From assembly GCA_965225855.1 (NCBI GenBank), contig CBDDCK010000005.1:1120001-1184000 (forward strand): DNA of 64,000 bases, written 5' to 3'. Below are positions 11,269 to 21,117 of this stretch, in pieces. Position 1 is the first letter of the stretch; each line of letters begins with the position of its first letter. The notes below the pieces were generated by a model. It did not search any database. It had not been told where the DNA came from and saw only the letters and a list, made by a program, of their open reading frames with translations. The DNA comes from Spirochaetia bacterium. Its GTDB lineage: Bacteria > Spirochaetota > Spirochaetia > SP-2023. The position numbers were made by a program, and so were the translations under genes.

Positions 11269-12330
11269 TTACCAATTTTTACTTCGCGTTTTAAATATTA
11301 AACTAACAAAAAATGGAATGCCAATGAGTGAAGTGATAATCCCAATTGGGAAAATAATTCCTGGAACAATACTTTTGCTGACAATAGATGTTACAGACAT
11401 CAGTAGCGCGCCCGATAATCCCGCGGTAACAAGAAAAAAACGTTGGTCTTCGCCCACCATCATGCGGGCAATATGGGGGCCTACTAAACCGACAAAAGCA
11501 ATCACTCCAACAAATGATACGGCTAATGCCGATAGCAGTGAAATCACCACTAGCATTTGTAAACGCAAACGCTCTACTGGAACACCCATGCTTCTGGCCT
11601 TTTCATCGCCCATGCGCAATGCCGTCATAGACCAACGTTTGGTGTAAAAAAATAGTGAAGACAGCAAAATAATCCCAAAACATAGTCCTAAGTTTGCCCA
11701 TGTTGCTTTGCTCAATGAGCCCATAGTCCAAAAAATTAATTGTTGCAATTGGGTTTCATTCGAGCTGTACTGCAATAAAGATACTAAGGAGCTAAAAGTA
11801 AACATCAAGGCAATGCCAATTAAAACCATACTTTCGGTGGTAACCCCCCTAAGACGGGCAATAAAGTACAACAGTAAAGATGCGCCAAATGCAAAAGTAA
11901 ATGCATTGGCAGTAATTAGATACTGGGCTGGCACCGGTAGACCACGTCCCAAAATAATGGCACTGGCAGCACCAAAACTGGCAGCAGATGCGACCCCAAG
12001 TGTAAATGGATCGGCCAGGGGATTGTGCAAAATTGTTTGCATCTGCGCTCCAGCAAGAGCCAGCATCGTGCCTACAATAATTGCCATCAATGCGATTGGC
12101 ATACGGTGGTCCCATACCACTACTTCTAGTTGAACAGAAATAGCCGTTTTATCTAATAGTGTTGCCCAAATTTCCCCTAGAGGATATTCGCCTGGACCAG
12201 TAGCAATATCGTAGACAAAAGCCAAACCGAGCAAAATAAAAAATAGCACAATAATACCACAACGTTTTTTTACTGTTTGTAAATAGCGAATATGGCTGGG
12301 TTGCACATCGATAATAACATCAGACGCCAT
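11269..12330 (-). CDS. FecCD/BtuC-family ABC permease
   Basis: MQTILHNPLADPFTLGVASAASFGA, WTMGSL, MGDEKARSMGV, IAFVGLVGPHIARM, PIGIITSLIGIPFF. Confidence 0.95.
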   Translation of the reverse strand: MASDVIIDVQPSHIRYLQTVKKRCGIIVLFFILLGLAFVYDIATGPGEYPLGEIWATLLDKTAISVQLEVVVWDHRMPIALMAIIVGTMLALAGAQMQTILHNPLADPFTLGVASAASFGAASAIILGRGLPVPAQYLITANAFTFAFGASLLLYFIARLRGVTTESMVLIGIALMFTFSSLVSLLQYSSNETQLQQLIFWTMGSLSKATWANLGLCFGIILLSSLFFYTKRWSMTALRMGDEKARSMGVPVERLRLQMLVVISLLSALAVSFVGVIAFVGLVGPHIARMMVGEDQRFFLVTAGLSGALLMSVTSIVSKSIVPGIIFPIGIITSLIGIPFFVSLIFKTRSKNW

Positions 12331-12482
12331 ATAAAAATTCTCCCATAATCAAAAAAAGCAAAACAAAAATTATATGAAACATATACAATGGTGCGGAATA
12401 TTTCTCCAGATAATAGCCAGAGTAAACTCCTAAAAAATCCCCTCCCAAGTGATTGAAACAATAAGTGATTGAAACGATGGCA

Positions 12483-13622
12483 CTATTTGTATTGCGCCCA
12501 AAATTGACCACTATAAGATATGGGCAAAAATGTATCGTGAAAATTTTTAAAAGTTTGATCCGGGTCTAAATCGCGAAAATCATTAGGGTAAAACGCTTTG
12601 GCAAAATGCTGTAAGACAACAAAATTATAGGGTGAATTATAGAACTGATGATAAACACTGTAGAACCGTTTGTTCTTTACCGCTTGTAATTCAGTCCAAC
12701 CTTTACGGTTTGCAAGATAACTAATCCGTTCTTCTATGTCCCCTGGGTCTGCCTCATAACCTAGCAAAACGGCTTTTGTGGTTGGCATGGCCTCGCTCCA
12801 GTTGGCCCCGGTACCGATAATAACCTCTGGGTCTTCTTTAAAAATAAATTCTAGGCTCACGTTGCCTCTAAAACCGCCAAATAATTTTGTTCCCAAATTG
12901 CGCCCACCGGCAACCGCTACCATTCTTCCCATATTATTATCCCCAAATGTTCCTATATTACTCCCGTCCCCAAAACCAGCAGCAGCGGCTGATTCTATAA
13001 AAACCCAAGGGCGTTCAGAATCAGTTTTTTCGGCAACCTTGGCATACACTTTTTGGGTCTCTGAAAGATAAAAATCGATCACTTCTAAGCTTTGCCGTTG
13101 TTTGCCAAAGACTTTGCCCAAAATTAAAATACTGGGTACCGTATTTTGCAGCGGAGCTTGGCGGAAATCGACAAATACCACTTGCACACCAGCTTTTTCC
13201 AATTTTTGAATAATACCTGTTTCTTTTGCTTTAAACAAATCACCCAAAGGCATTAAGATTATTTCTGTTCTAAGCGCAATCGCTTTTTCGATGTTGAAAT
13301 CACCTTTGTATGGGCTGCCAAATTCTGGTATATCGCCCAATTCAGGAAATCTGGCTAAATATTTGCGATGTGCATCTGGATCATATAATCGCATATCACT
13401 TTTTGTACCAACAATATGCTTAAACATATTCCCTCTTTTGCCAAATAAGGGGGCAATGGAATAAACCATGCGGCCCTCACCTAAAATAATGCGCCGCGAA
13501 CCTTGCCGTACTTTTACGGTGCGCCCGGCAATGTCTACCAAAGTAATTTCGCGTGCAAATGCCGTTGTTACTCCTAACAGCATTATTGCGGTAAACAGTA
13601 ATATCTTTAATTGGTTTCTCAT
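12483..13622 (-). CDS. Fe-siderophore/cobalamin-type periplasmic binding protein
   Basis: Signal peptide, DIAGRTV, VFVDFR, DPEVII.TG, HQFYNSPY; GAGGT RBS. Confidence 0.9.
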   Translation of the reverse strand: MRNQLKILLFTAIMLLGVTTAFAREITLVDIAGRTVKVRQGSRRIILGEGRMVYSIAPLFGKRGNMFKHIVGTKSDMRLYDPDAHRKYLARFPELGDIPEFGSPYKGDFNIEKAIALRTEIILMPLGDLFKAKETGIIQKLEKAGVQVVFVDFRQAPLQNTVPSILILGKVFGKQRQSLEVIDFYLSETQKVYAKVAEKTDSERPWVFIESAAAAGFGDGSNIGTFGDNNMGRMVAVAGGRNLGTKLFGGFRGNVSLEFIFKEDPEVIIGTGANWSEAMPTTKAVLLGYEADPGDIEERISYLANRKGWTELQAVKNKRFYSVYHQFYNSPYNFVVLQHFAKAFYPNDFRDLDPDQTFKNFHDTFLPISYSGQFWAQYK

Positions 13623-13715
13623 GAAAACCTCTCCTTTTTTAGGAATTATATTATTATTCCTGTTAATGTTACTTGTAGCTAGATTATATAAGAAGGGATA
13701 ATTTAGTCAATAATA

Positions 13716-13730
13716 TGATAAAAGTTTTCA
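13716..13730. promoter_or_regulatory. Fur-box-like 7-1-7 operator upstream of the ABC operon
   Basis: TGATAAA-A-GTTTTCA matches TGATAAT-N-ATTATCA at 11 of 14 positions, about 95 bp upstream of the binding-protein start. The background is very AT-rich. Confidence 0.45.
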
Positions 13731-13773
13731 TAATCAATATTATAATAACGATGGATGATTTTTATTATCTCCA

Positions 13774-13809
13774 TTTATATAAATAATTTATAAAAATTAT
13801 TTATATAAA
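13774..13809. repeat. Perfect 16-bp inverted repeat in a divergent promoter region
   Basis: TTTATATAAATAATTT-ATAA-AAATTATTTATATAAA. Confidence 0.7.
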
Positions 13810-13933
13810 ATTTAATTGAATGATTATTTCTGCTTGAAGAATAGAACTGAAATTGTATTATCATTGCAAAAATTTTTGGAAAAATTGGGGGAATTATTCA
13901 GATAGTTTTACCTAATTTAGTGGGGGGAAAGCT

Positions 13934-14830
13934 ATGAAAGTATTGAGATTTTCTAGCTTGTTATATTTAATTTTTATTATTGGGGGCGAAGCTTTAGTTG
14001 CTCAGCTCAGTAATAGTGATGGCCAGCTTAGTGCTACTGGCATTGATACTGTTGATAATTCTCAAACAAATAAAAAATTAGCGGGGCACAAGCTAACAAA
14101 TGAAAAATTGCCTGCCGAAAAATTGTCAGCTAAGCCCCAACAAGAGAATAAACAACATCAAAAACGCAAAGATGGTTTACTGGTAGGTATGTTCCAGCAA
14201 GGGGAAGCCTCTTACTATGCGGATAAATTCCACGGTAGAAAGACCGCTAGTGGTGAGCATTTTGACATGTATGCTATGACGGCTGCCCATAAAACGCTTC
14301 CTTTTGGTACTGTGCTTTCGGTGCGCAATTTAAATAATGGAAAAACAGTTCAAGTGCGTGTCAATGATCGTGGTCCGTTTATTGAGGGCCGTATCATCGA
14401 TGTATCAAAACGGGCAGCAGAGCATTTGGGCATGATGGGTTCAGGGGTTATACCTACAGAAATTGTTATACATTCTTTACCAAATGAAAGGAAGTTGATA
14501 ACCAAAAATAAAACCAAAGTGTTGGGAAAACCGTTAAACAAAAAATTGCAGGCAGATAAAAATGTTACATCTTCCCAAGCAACACCAATTGTTAGGAAAC
14601 AAGTTTTAGATCAACGCCGTTTTGCCATACAAATTGCTAGTTATGCAAAATTAAAATATGCGCAGCAACAGAAGTCTAGGTTAGAGAATGCTGGTATTCC
14701 TATTCATTTTGAAAAGCATGGCCCATACCACCGCTTAATCATTGTTCACTTAAATAAACAACAAGTGAAATATTACCGTGCTGAATTGTCCCGCTTGGGA
14801 ATCAATAATATTTTGGTACGGCAAGAGTAA
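13934..14830 (+). CDS. rlpA: Septal ring lytic transglycosylase RlpA (DPBB plus SPOR domains)
   Basis: GEASYYADKFHGRKTASGE.FDMYAMTAAHKTLPFGT, VRVNDRGPF..GRIIDVSKRAA; C-terminal FAIQIASY SPOR-like domain. Confidence 0.93.
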   Translation: MKVLRFSSLLYLIFIIGGEALVAQLSNSDGQLSATGIDTVDNSQTNKKLAGHKLTNEKLPAEKLSAKPQQENKQHQKRKDGLLVGMFQQGEASYYADKFHGRKTASGEHFDMYAMTAAHKTLPFGTVLSVRNLNNGKTVQVRVNDRGPFIEGRIIDVSKRAAEHLGMMGSGVIPTEIVIHSLPNERKLITKNKTKVLGKPLNKKLQADKNVTSSQATPIVRKQVLDQRRFAIQIASYAKLKYAQQQKSRLENAGIPIHFEKHGPYHRLIIVHLNKQQVKYYRAELSRLGINNILVRQE

Positions 14831-14852
14831 GATAAATCAGAAAAACGTTGAT

Positions 14853-14880
14853 AAGCATTCTGCAATAGCAGAATGCTTTT
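14853..14880 (+). terminator. Terminator after rlpA
   Basis: AAGCATTCTGC-AATA-GCAGAATGCTT followed by TT. Confidence 0.8.
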
Positions 14881-14924
14881 GATGAGACTTTACCAAAGAT
14901 ACTTATAAAGATAAGGAAAATTGT

Positions 14925-15050
14925 TGTTAAATATAACATAATTTCTCGTAAATCTGGTTCAAAGTATAGAGATTTTTTACTATTGAATCGGGTACACCAC
15001 CAAAAATAGGCTTTCAGTAATAGAGCCAGCTATCGCTCCAATTATAGCAA
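14925..15050 (-). pseudogene. C-terminal remnant of an ADP-ribosylglycohydrolase-like gene
   Basis: The minus strand reads IGAIAGSITE, then after shifts FGGVPDSIVK and YFEPDLREIML, resembling the family C-terminus (T.AIAGSIAEAYYGGVP..I). Confidence 0.5.
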
Positions 15051-15098
15051 TACCTTTTTCCTATTAGGATAAAGACGGATTTTATAAATTCTAATCAT
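15042..15098 (-). mobile_element. Tiny remnant of an IS200/IS605 TnpB-like N-terminus
   Basis: 18-codon ORF MIRIYKIRLYPNRKKVLL resembles the HTH_OrfB start Y(K/R)FRLYP(T/N). Confidence 0.45.
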
Positions 15099-15243
15099 AT
15101 AATCCATAATTAAATCAAAAAACAATTTTTCAACTAAATTCTTATAATTTTTACTTTATTTTCATACAATATATCGGAAAGCCTTGGAATGGCAAGATGT
15201 TTAAATATTCTTGTCCAGACCCTAAATTCTACGCCATAAACTT

Positions 15244-18200
15244 TCAAAAATCATTCATCAAATTTACGAACCAAGCATAATGTGGGAGCTCATAGCATTC
15301 TAATTGGCTGCGCTTTTCGGTTGGAATGCACTCTTGCTTAGGCTTTTGGATACAACTTTGGGCAGCAAAAATGCAGCTTACATGTGATTTTTGTGAAGAC
15401 CAACTTTGCAATATAGACTCGGCTGCCCACAGCAAATCTGTCATTTGCATTTTGCGTAGCTGTTCAAGCCATGCCTGCAGCCCATCATCGTTTAAGCCCG
15501 TTTTCGCTAAATGCAGCGCAATGCGAGCATCTTCGCTCGGTGGGCTGGCTTTCAATTTTTCTGCTAAAGTTTGCACCAATGCAGCCTCAAATTCTTGATA
15601 AAATTCAGAATTTAGGTCTGCATTTAAAACTGAATTTTGTGCTTTATCGCGAATATCTTCCACTGCTTGGCAAAACAATTGCAAGCTATGAAAAGCATTC
15701 GGGTCTTGACTACTACATAACAAGAAAAACCCATCTTGCTGTTGCACTCGGACGCCGTAAGCCCCTTGCTGCAAACGTATCCGTCTCCAAGCAGGGCCAT
15801 TTTGCAATAGCTTAATCAATAATTCCATCGCTGGATGAATTATACTTGTTTGGCAATTAGAGTAATTCCAGTGGGGTATGGGCATCGCAATGCTAAGGTA
15901 TTCTAGCGTGATGTTGCCTTGCCACAATTCTATGTTTTTTTCGCATGTGATATGTGGCCAGCTATGGTTTACAATGCTGGCCCATGATGGAGCCCACGCA
16001 TCATTTCTATTAAAAATTGGTTGCAATTTTGATTGCCAAAGTCTCTGGTGCCCCGCTATAGCCCATCGCAATTGCAAAAGTTGCTGTTCATTGGCACTGA
16101 TGGCACAAGCCAAAGGTGCTTGCATTATGGCCCATCGCAAGCTACCAAAACTTTCGGCCAACTGTGTATTCATATTATTTTGCTGGCAGATAGTTGCCAA
16201 TAATTGAAGCTGGCCTAGACCATATAGCCATTCGTTTTGCTGGGCTTGTAGGCAACTACTTTGGCTTAGCATGGTAGCCGGCATTTGGCTTAGGCGATAA
16301 TGGCTTCGGCGAATAGCATAACTTAACGGATTAGTACAAAGCTCTTGGTGTTTTTCGTAGCAAAGGCTTTGCAATAATTCTTTGAGCCGGCTGTGTTCTT
16401 GCCAATTGCAGTTGGCAAAGAGTTGCCAAAATAAAGCCAAGCCAGATTGCCATTCTGTTGGTAGAAAACTGAGCCGTATATGAATAAAACTTTGCAGCTT
16501 ATCCATTTGATAAAAGCTTCTTTTAAAGCTAAATTCCGCTTCCCAATGCCCAATGTGCAATGATTTTTGCCTAGCCACTTCCGCATAAGAAATACCGGGC
16601 AACCCCATATCTTCAACCAAATCTAAAAACAAAGGCAACAAAACAGTTTGTTCTTGGTTCCAAGTACTGATGTCCCAGTACAAATCCAGCTGGACTAAAC
16701 CTTTTTCTAAATTGTTTTGGCTTTTTTTACTGTGGCAGAAAAATTCTATACCATGTTCACAAAAATAATTATATTGTGGTTTTGGCGGTAATGAATTAAA
16801 TTGATCGCGATTCATCGCCACAATTTTTGCTGTTTGTTCGAGATGATCTTGGCGCAATTGATATTGAGCAAAATCTTTTTGGGATTGCTGGATAAATTCA
16901 CTATCATATGGCAGTTTTGCTCCAAAAGCTTTTTGATTTTGATCATTTGGGGGCGGTGTTTCTTTTGTTGCCACTTCTTCAAATAATTGCAAAGTCCAAT
17001 GCGGATTATCCAAAGTATAGTGGCGAATTTTGGTAGCGAATGCAGCAAGTCCTTGGGGGCCTTGGGCGCGCAGAGCGGCAATACTGGCAAAAGGTTGCAG
17101 CATGCCAAAAATTTCTACTGTTTCTGGGTAAAAGTGGCTGGCTTTAGCTAACTGTAGGCAGCGTTCTAAAGCATAAATGCCATCATCACCGCCATGCTCG
17201 CCTAGCGAATATTCTTCATATTCCAAGCTATTTAAGGAACCTTGCCACAGTAAATCCAGCTCTGGATTGTTTGGCTCTTGCTCTGCTTGCGTGCAAAATT
17301 TTTCCAGTGCAGAAAATATCAACTTACGAAAGCACTGTTCATCTTTTGGCCCTTCTTTTACTTGGTAGGCACTCAAGCCAACACGCAATACCGGAGTTTG
17401 GAATTCCAGCTCTAAACCACTGCCCAAGCTCAAATCCGCTCCCCAGCCACTTTGCATAATAGGTAATTCTAGTATGGAGCCCGAGTGGCCCAATAATAGC
17501 TCGGCTATAAGACGATATTCTAAGCTGGACTGGGCATTTTGCTGGGCGGGCAGGAGCCAGCTAAACATGATGCTTCGCTGTTTTGGGTTGGGCTGGGCTA
17601 CGGCAATGGGCTGGTATAATTCTTGCCGGCATGGTAGTGGTAAAGCATTATTGAGTATCTGATCGATTTTATCCCCTTTATTCTCGTTGTTACTTTGATG
17701 CTCAAGCAACAAAGTTTTATTGGCTTCACTAAATAATTGATCGAGATAGTGCAAAATTTCTGGTAGCTGCTGTTGTGGGATGAAACCATATAAAATGATA
17801 CGGCAGTTCTCTGCTCGATAGTGCTGGCGGTGGAAATCCCGAACTTCTTGGTAATTACGGCAATTGATGGAAGCAATCGCTTGCGGATTGCCCCCTGCGT
17901 CAAAGCTGTTTGGGTGCTGTGCTGGAAATAGGCTGCGCAAACTACAGTCGGCCACATAGGCCTCAAAATCCCCATAGTAGGCCTGCATTTCATTATAGAC
18001 AATGCCGTCCATACTATCTGGAGTATAGCGTATGCCTTCTTGAGCAATGGCTTGATTTTCCAACAGAGGGAAAAATACCGCATCGCCATAAACCCGGAGC
18101 AATTGCAGAAAATCTGAAGTAAAGGAGCTAGCAGCCGGATATAGCGTTTGGTCGGGGTAGGTCATAGCATTGAGAAAGCTGCAAACACTGGTTTTTTGTA

Positions 18201-18468
18201 AATTGGCGAAAGGCTCTTTTAGCGGATAGTTTTTAGAGCCACAAAAAACTGCGTGTTCGACAATATGAGCCAAACCCTTATCATCTTTTGGCGGCGTGGC
18301 AAAACAATAGCTAAAGGCTGACTCTTGCGAATTGCAGGCAACCATATAGAGCTTTGCCCCGCTGCGATGTTGTAGAGCAATAGCTTGGGCAAGTCCACAT
18401 TCTGGCAGCCAGATGGATTTGTTATATTGGGTTGTAAAGCCATGTGAGGCAAAAAGGGCATCGTTCAT
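15244..18468 (-). CDS. Insulinase-family (M16C, PreP-like) zinc metallopeptidase
   Basis: GLAHIVEHAVFCGSKNYPLKEPF (HxxEH), FLNAMTYPDQTLYPAAS, GIVYNEM, IRLQQGAYG. Confidence 0.92.
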   Translation of the reverse strand: MNDALFASHGFTTQYNKSIWLPECGLAQAIALQHRSGAKLYMVACNSQESAFSYCFATPPKDDKGLAHIVEHAVFCGSKNYPLKEPFANLQKTSVCSFLNAMTYPDQTLYPAASSFTSDFLQLLRVYGDAVFFPLLENQAIAQEGIRYTPDSMDGIVYNEMQAYYGDFEAYVADCSLRSLFPAQHPNSFDAGGNPQAIASINCRNYQEVRDFHRQHYRAENCRIILYGFIPQQQLPEILHYLDQLFSEANKTLLLEHQSNNENKGDKIDQILNNALPLPCRQELYQPIAVAQPNPKQRSIMFSWLLPAQQNAQSSLEYRLIAELLLGHSGSILELPIMQSGWGADLSLGSGLELEFQTPVLRVGLSAYQVKEGPKDEQCFRKLIFSALEKFCTQAEQEPNNPELDLLWQGSLNSLEYEEYSLGEHGGDDGIYALERCLQLAKASHFYPETVEIFGMLQPFASIAALRAQGPQGLAAFATKIRHYTLDNPHWTLQLFEEVATKETPPPNDQNQKAFGAKLPYDSEFIQQSQKDFAQYQLRQDHLEQTAKIVAMNRDQFNSLPPKPQYNYFCEHGIEFFCHSKKSQNNLEKGLVQLDLYWDISTWNQEQTVLLPLFLDLVEDMGLPGISYAEVARQKSLHIGHWEAEFSFKRSFYQMDKLQSFIHIRLSFLPTEWQSGLALFWQLFANCNWQEHSRLKELLQSLCYEKHQELCTNPLSYAIRRSHYRLSQMPATMLSQSSCLQAQQNEWLYGLGQLQLLATICQQNNMNTQLAESFGSLRWAIMQAPLACAISANEQQLLQLRWAIAGHQRLWQSKLQPIFNRNDAWAPSWASIVNHSWPHITCEKNIELWQGNITLEYLSIAMPIPHWNYSNCQTSIIHPAMELLIKLLQNGPAWRRIRLQQGAYGVRVQQQDGFFLLCSSQDPNAFHSLQLFCQAVEDIRDKAQNSVLNADLNSEFYQEFEAALVQTLAEKLKASPPSEDARIALHLAKTGLNDDGLQAWLEQLRKMQMTDLLWAAESILQSWSSQKSHVSCIFAAQSCIQKPKQECIPTEKRSQLECYELPHYAWFVNLMNDF

Positions 18469-18506
18469 AAATTGGCTGGTATTATGGTCATTTACAGCAG
18501 ATAATG

Positions 18507-19592
18507 TTAGCTGGGTGCTTTAAAAAATAAAGCAATCCCTACAGCTAAAAAAAACAAAATTCCCAGCCAACCACTTAGCCAAGGTGGTATATACCCTTCT
18601 GCACCGGCAATGCCAGAATAGAGCCGAAAAATATAAAATACCACAGCAATCGCAATACTGGCCAAAAGGCTCATCAGCAAAGTGTTTTGACGAAAACGCG
18701 CCACCATTGCTAAGCCAATTAGCGACACAACTAACGGTGTGAATGGAAAGGCAAAACGTTGATGAAAGCTAATGGCTGTAATTAAAAAAGGCAGTTTACG
18801 CCGTTTGAGTGATTGCAAATATTCATAGGCCAAACCTAAAGACATTTCTTCAATGGGAAGATTTCGGGTTTCAAAACTTTCTACTGGTTCACGAATATCG
18901 GGGTCTGTTTTGATAGACTCTTTGGTTTCGATAATCTCACCATCTGGGTTATAAGTAAAAATGCGCACTTCTTGCATACGCCATAAAGCCTCTTCGGGCT
19001 CCCAAACGGCCTGCATCGTATCAATACGGCGGCTGACATGGCCTAAATCATTTTTATCGACAATACTCAATTCAAACAGTTCTTTTGTTTCAGGGTCAAA
19101 ACTATTGGCTATATATAAACGTCTACCATTATTGGTGATAGCTACTACAACTTCATTGCGATTGGTGCGCTCAGGTTGGAATTTGGTTGAAAAATATTCA
19201 TTGCGCAGCCTTTCACTCTCAGTTACTACAAAATTGTCAAAGTAAAATGTAGCCAAGCTAACCAGTAGACCAAAACCTAAAATGGGCATACCAAAGCCTA
19301 CCAACGAAATTCCCCCAGAATGAATCACTGTCATTTCCCGATTGTCATACAGTGATGAAAGCGTAAATACTAAGGCAAATAATAACGATAGTGGTGAAGC
19401 GTATGATAAGGCTAACGGTACATAGAGGGCTAAAACTCGCAAATAATCCATAGCTTGTATTTCTTCATTATCTAAATAGCGCGTCAGTTCGCCAAAAAAA
19501 TAGACCAATTCAAATAACACCACAGAAATCAGCATCATGCCGAGAAATACGGGAACAAGGCTGCGAAAAACCATACGGTAAAGAATTTTCAT
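18507..19592 (-). CDS. lptG: LptF/LptG family permease (LptG position)
   Basis: Three N-terminal TM helices, NREMTVIHSGGISL, periplasmic beta region, RFAFPFTPLVV, IPPWLSGW. Confidence 0.75.
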   Translation of the reverse strand: MKILYRMVFRSLVPVFLGMMLISVVLFELVYFFGELTRYLDNEEIQAMDYLRVLALYVPLALSYASPLSLLFALVFTLSSLYDNREMTVIHSGGISLVGFGMPILGFGLLVSLATFYFDNFVVTESERLRNEYFSTKFQPERTNRNEVVVAITNNGRRLYIANSFDPETKELFELSIVDKNDLGHVSRRIDTMQAVWEPEEALWRMQEVRIFTYNPDGEIIETKESIKTDPDIREPVESFETRNLPIEEMSLGLAYEYLQSLKRRKLPFLITAISFHQRFAFPFTPLVVSLIGLAMVARFRQNTLLMSLLASIAIAVVFYIFRLYSGIAGAEGYIPPWLSGWLGILFFLAVGIALFFKAPS

Positions 19593-19602
19593 TATATTTT
19601 CT

Positions 19603-21087
19603 TTACGTTTTTTGTCGCAGAAGCAATAATGCTCCCAATATTAAAAATATAATATTGCTGGCAAACATCAGCAAAAACGGTGGTATTTCGAGACTATTAG
19701 AACGCCCTAACAATCGCCCCCCAGCCAAGCTGCTCCAAAATATTCCCGACAACACTAAGCCCAACAAAAAGCCAATTGAACGGCCATAGCGTTTGGCTAA
19801 AGACCCTAAACTGAAAGCCAACACCATAAACGGAATGCAGGAAAATGGAATCGCTAAACGCAGGTATAAAGCCATTTTATAGCTAAATACTTTACCATCG
19901 TACAAATTCGATGGCCGATTGACGGCTGAATTTTGAGCAGACTTCAGATGACTTTTTGTCAAACTTTCATCGGTTGTCATATAAAAACTCTTGTAGGAAG
20001 AACGATAGTGCATTTGGTATTCTAATGTGCGTACATCATAGTTATTGCGCAAGTCCTGTTCTTCCTGCTCTATTTCGCGTATCGAACGAATGAGTTCCCA
20101 TGATTGACGGTCATTGGGAGTTAGGTTATACGTTTCGGTAACATCGCCAAGCAACACATTGTAAAGTACCGAGCTTGCCGACATATAGCTATACTTTTGT
20201 GGTTCTAAGTTACTGGCAATGGTAGTGGTTACATCGTCTAAAATAAATGGCACAACACCGCTGGGCCGTTCTTCGGCTAATCGGGCTTTTTTGGCAAAAA
20301 AGATCCTACGGTTTAAATCTTGGTCATAATCGACAATAATTAAATCATTGATAATCTCATCGTTGACGGTACCAGAAATAATATAGGTATTGCGTCCGTT
20401 ATCGCTGCGAAATGAACGCACAGAATATGGATTGATTATCACTTTGGGATTATTGCTCAACAATTGTAATATAATTTTTTTGGTATTAATGCGCCCCAAC
20501 GGCAAAAAATAATCGCTAAAAATAAAGCTGCCAATCGCCGTAATAAAGCTGCACACCAATAAAGGGACTAAAATATTAGCACGCCGAACACTACAAGTTC
20601 GGAAAGCCAGCATTTGATTGCTGGCGGCCAAATGGCTAATGGCCATCAAAGCCCCCACCAAAACCGAAAATGGCAAACTCAAACTAACATTGGTAGGAAT
20701 GTTGTAGTAAATTAATCGGAGGATCGCCCACAGTGGTAGGCCTTCACCGGCATACTTGCGCGCCACCAACAATAAAGCGTTGACTAAAAAGATAAAAAAG
20801 AAAAAGGCAAATGAAATAACAAATGAAAATAAAAATTCGGCGACTATATAGCGCGAAATAATCGGAAGGCCCAAAAAGCGCAATAAGTTAAAAGGCCGAA
20901 ACCAGTATAAAAACAACTGCAGTCTACGCAAAAAGTTTACAGCTTCTAAACTATTTTGCTCCTTGCCATTTTGTGTTTTATGGCTTGTTGTGCTTTTTTT
21001 GTATTGGGCATTGTACTGTGGTGAAAAATCTTCGCGCACATAGCTTTGCGGTTGAGATTCTACAGGCTGATTTTGAGGAGAATACAT
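19603..21087 (-). CDS. lptF: LptF/LptG family permease (LptF position); the true start may be downstream
   Basis: IISRYIVAEFLFSF, SLPFSVLVG, SNQMLAFRTCSV, RLAIPFSCIPF, IPPFLLMFASN. Confidence 0.75.
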   Translation of the reverse strand: MYSPQNQPVESQPQSYVREDFSPQYNAQYKKSTTSHKTQNGKEQNSLEAVNFLRRLQLFLYWFRPFNLLRFLGLPIISRYIVAEFLFSFVISFAFFFFIFLVNALLLVARKYAGEGLPLWAILRLIYYNIPTNVSLSLPFSVLVGALMAISHLAASNQMLAFRTCSVRRANILVPLLVCSFITAIGSFIFSDYFLPLGRINTKKIILQLLSNNPKVIINPYSVRSFRSDNGRNTYIISGTVNDEIINDLIIVDYDQDLNRRIFFAKKARLAEERPSGVVPFILDDVTTTIASNLEPQKYSYMSASSVLYNVLLGDVTETYNLTPNDRQSWELIRSIREIEQEEQDLRNNYDVRTLEYQMHYRSSYKSFYMTTDESLTKSHLKSAQNSAVNRPSNLYDGKVFSYKMALYLRLAIPFSCIPFMVLAFSLGSLAKRYGRSIGFLLGLVLSGIFWSSLAGGRLLGRSNSLEIPPFLLMFASNIIFLILGALLLLRQKT

Positions 21088-21117
21088 ATTAGTTTTACAT
21101 TTTCCAATTGCAGAAAA

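Noticed and set aside
13623..13933. Cobalamin riboswitch before the Fe/B12-type ABC operon
   Set aside because: The leader is extremely AT-rich, with no B12-box or GC-rich stems.
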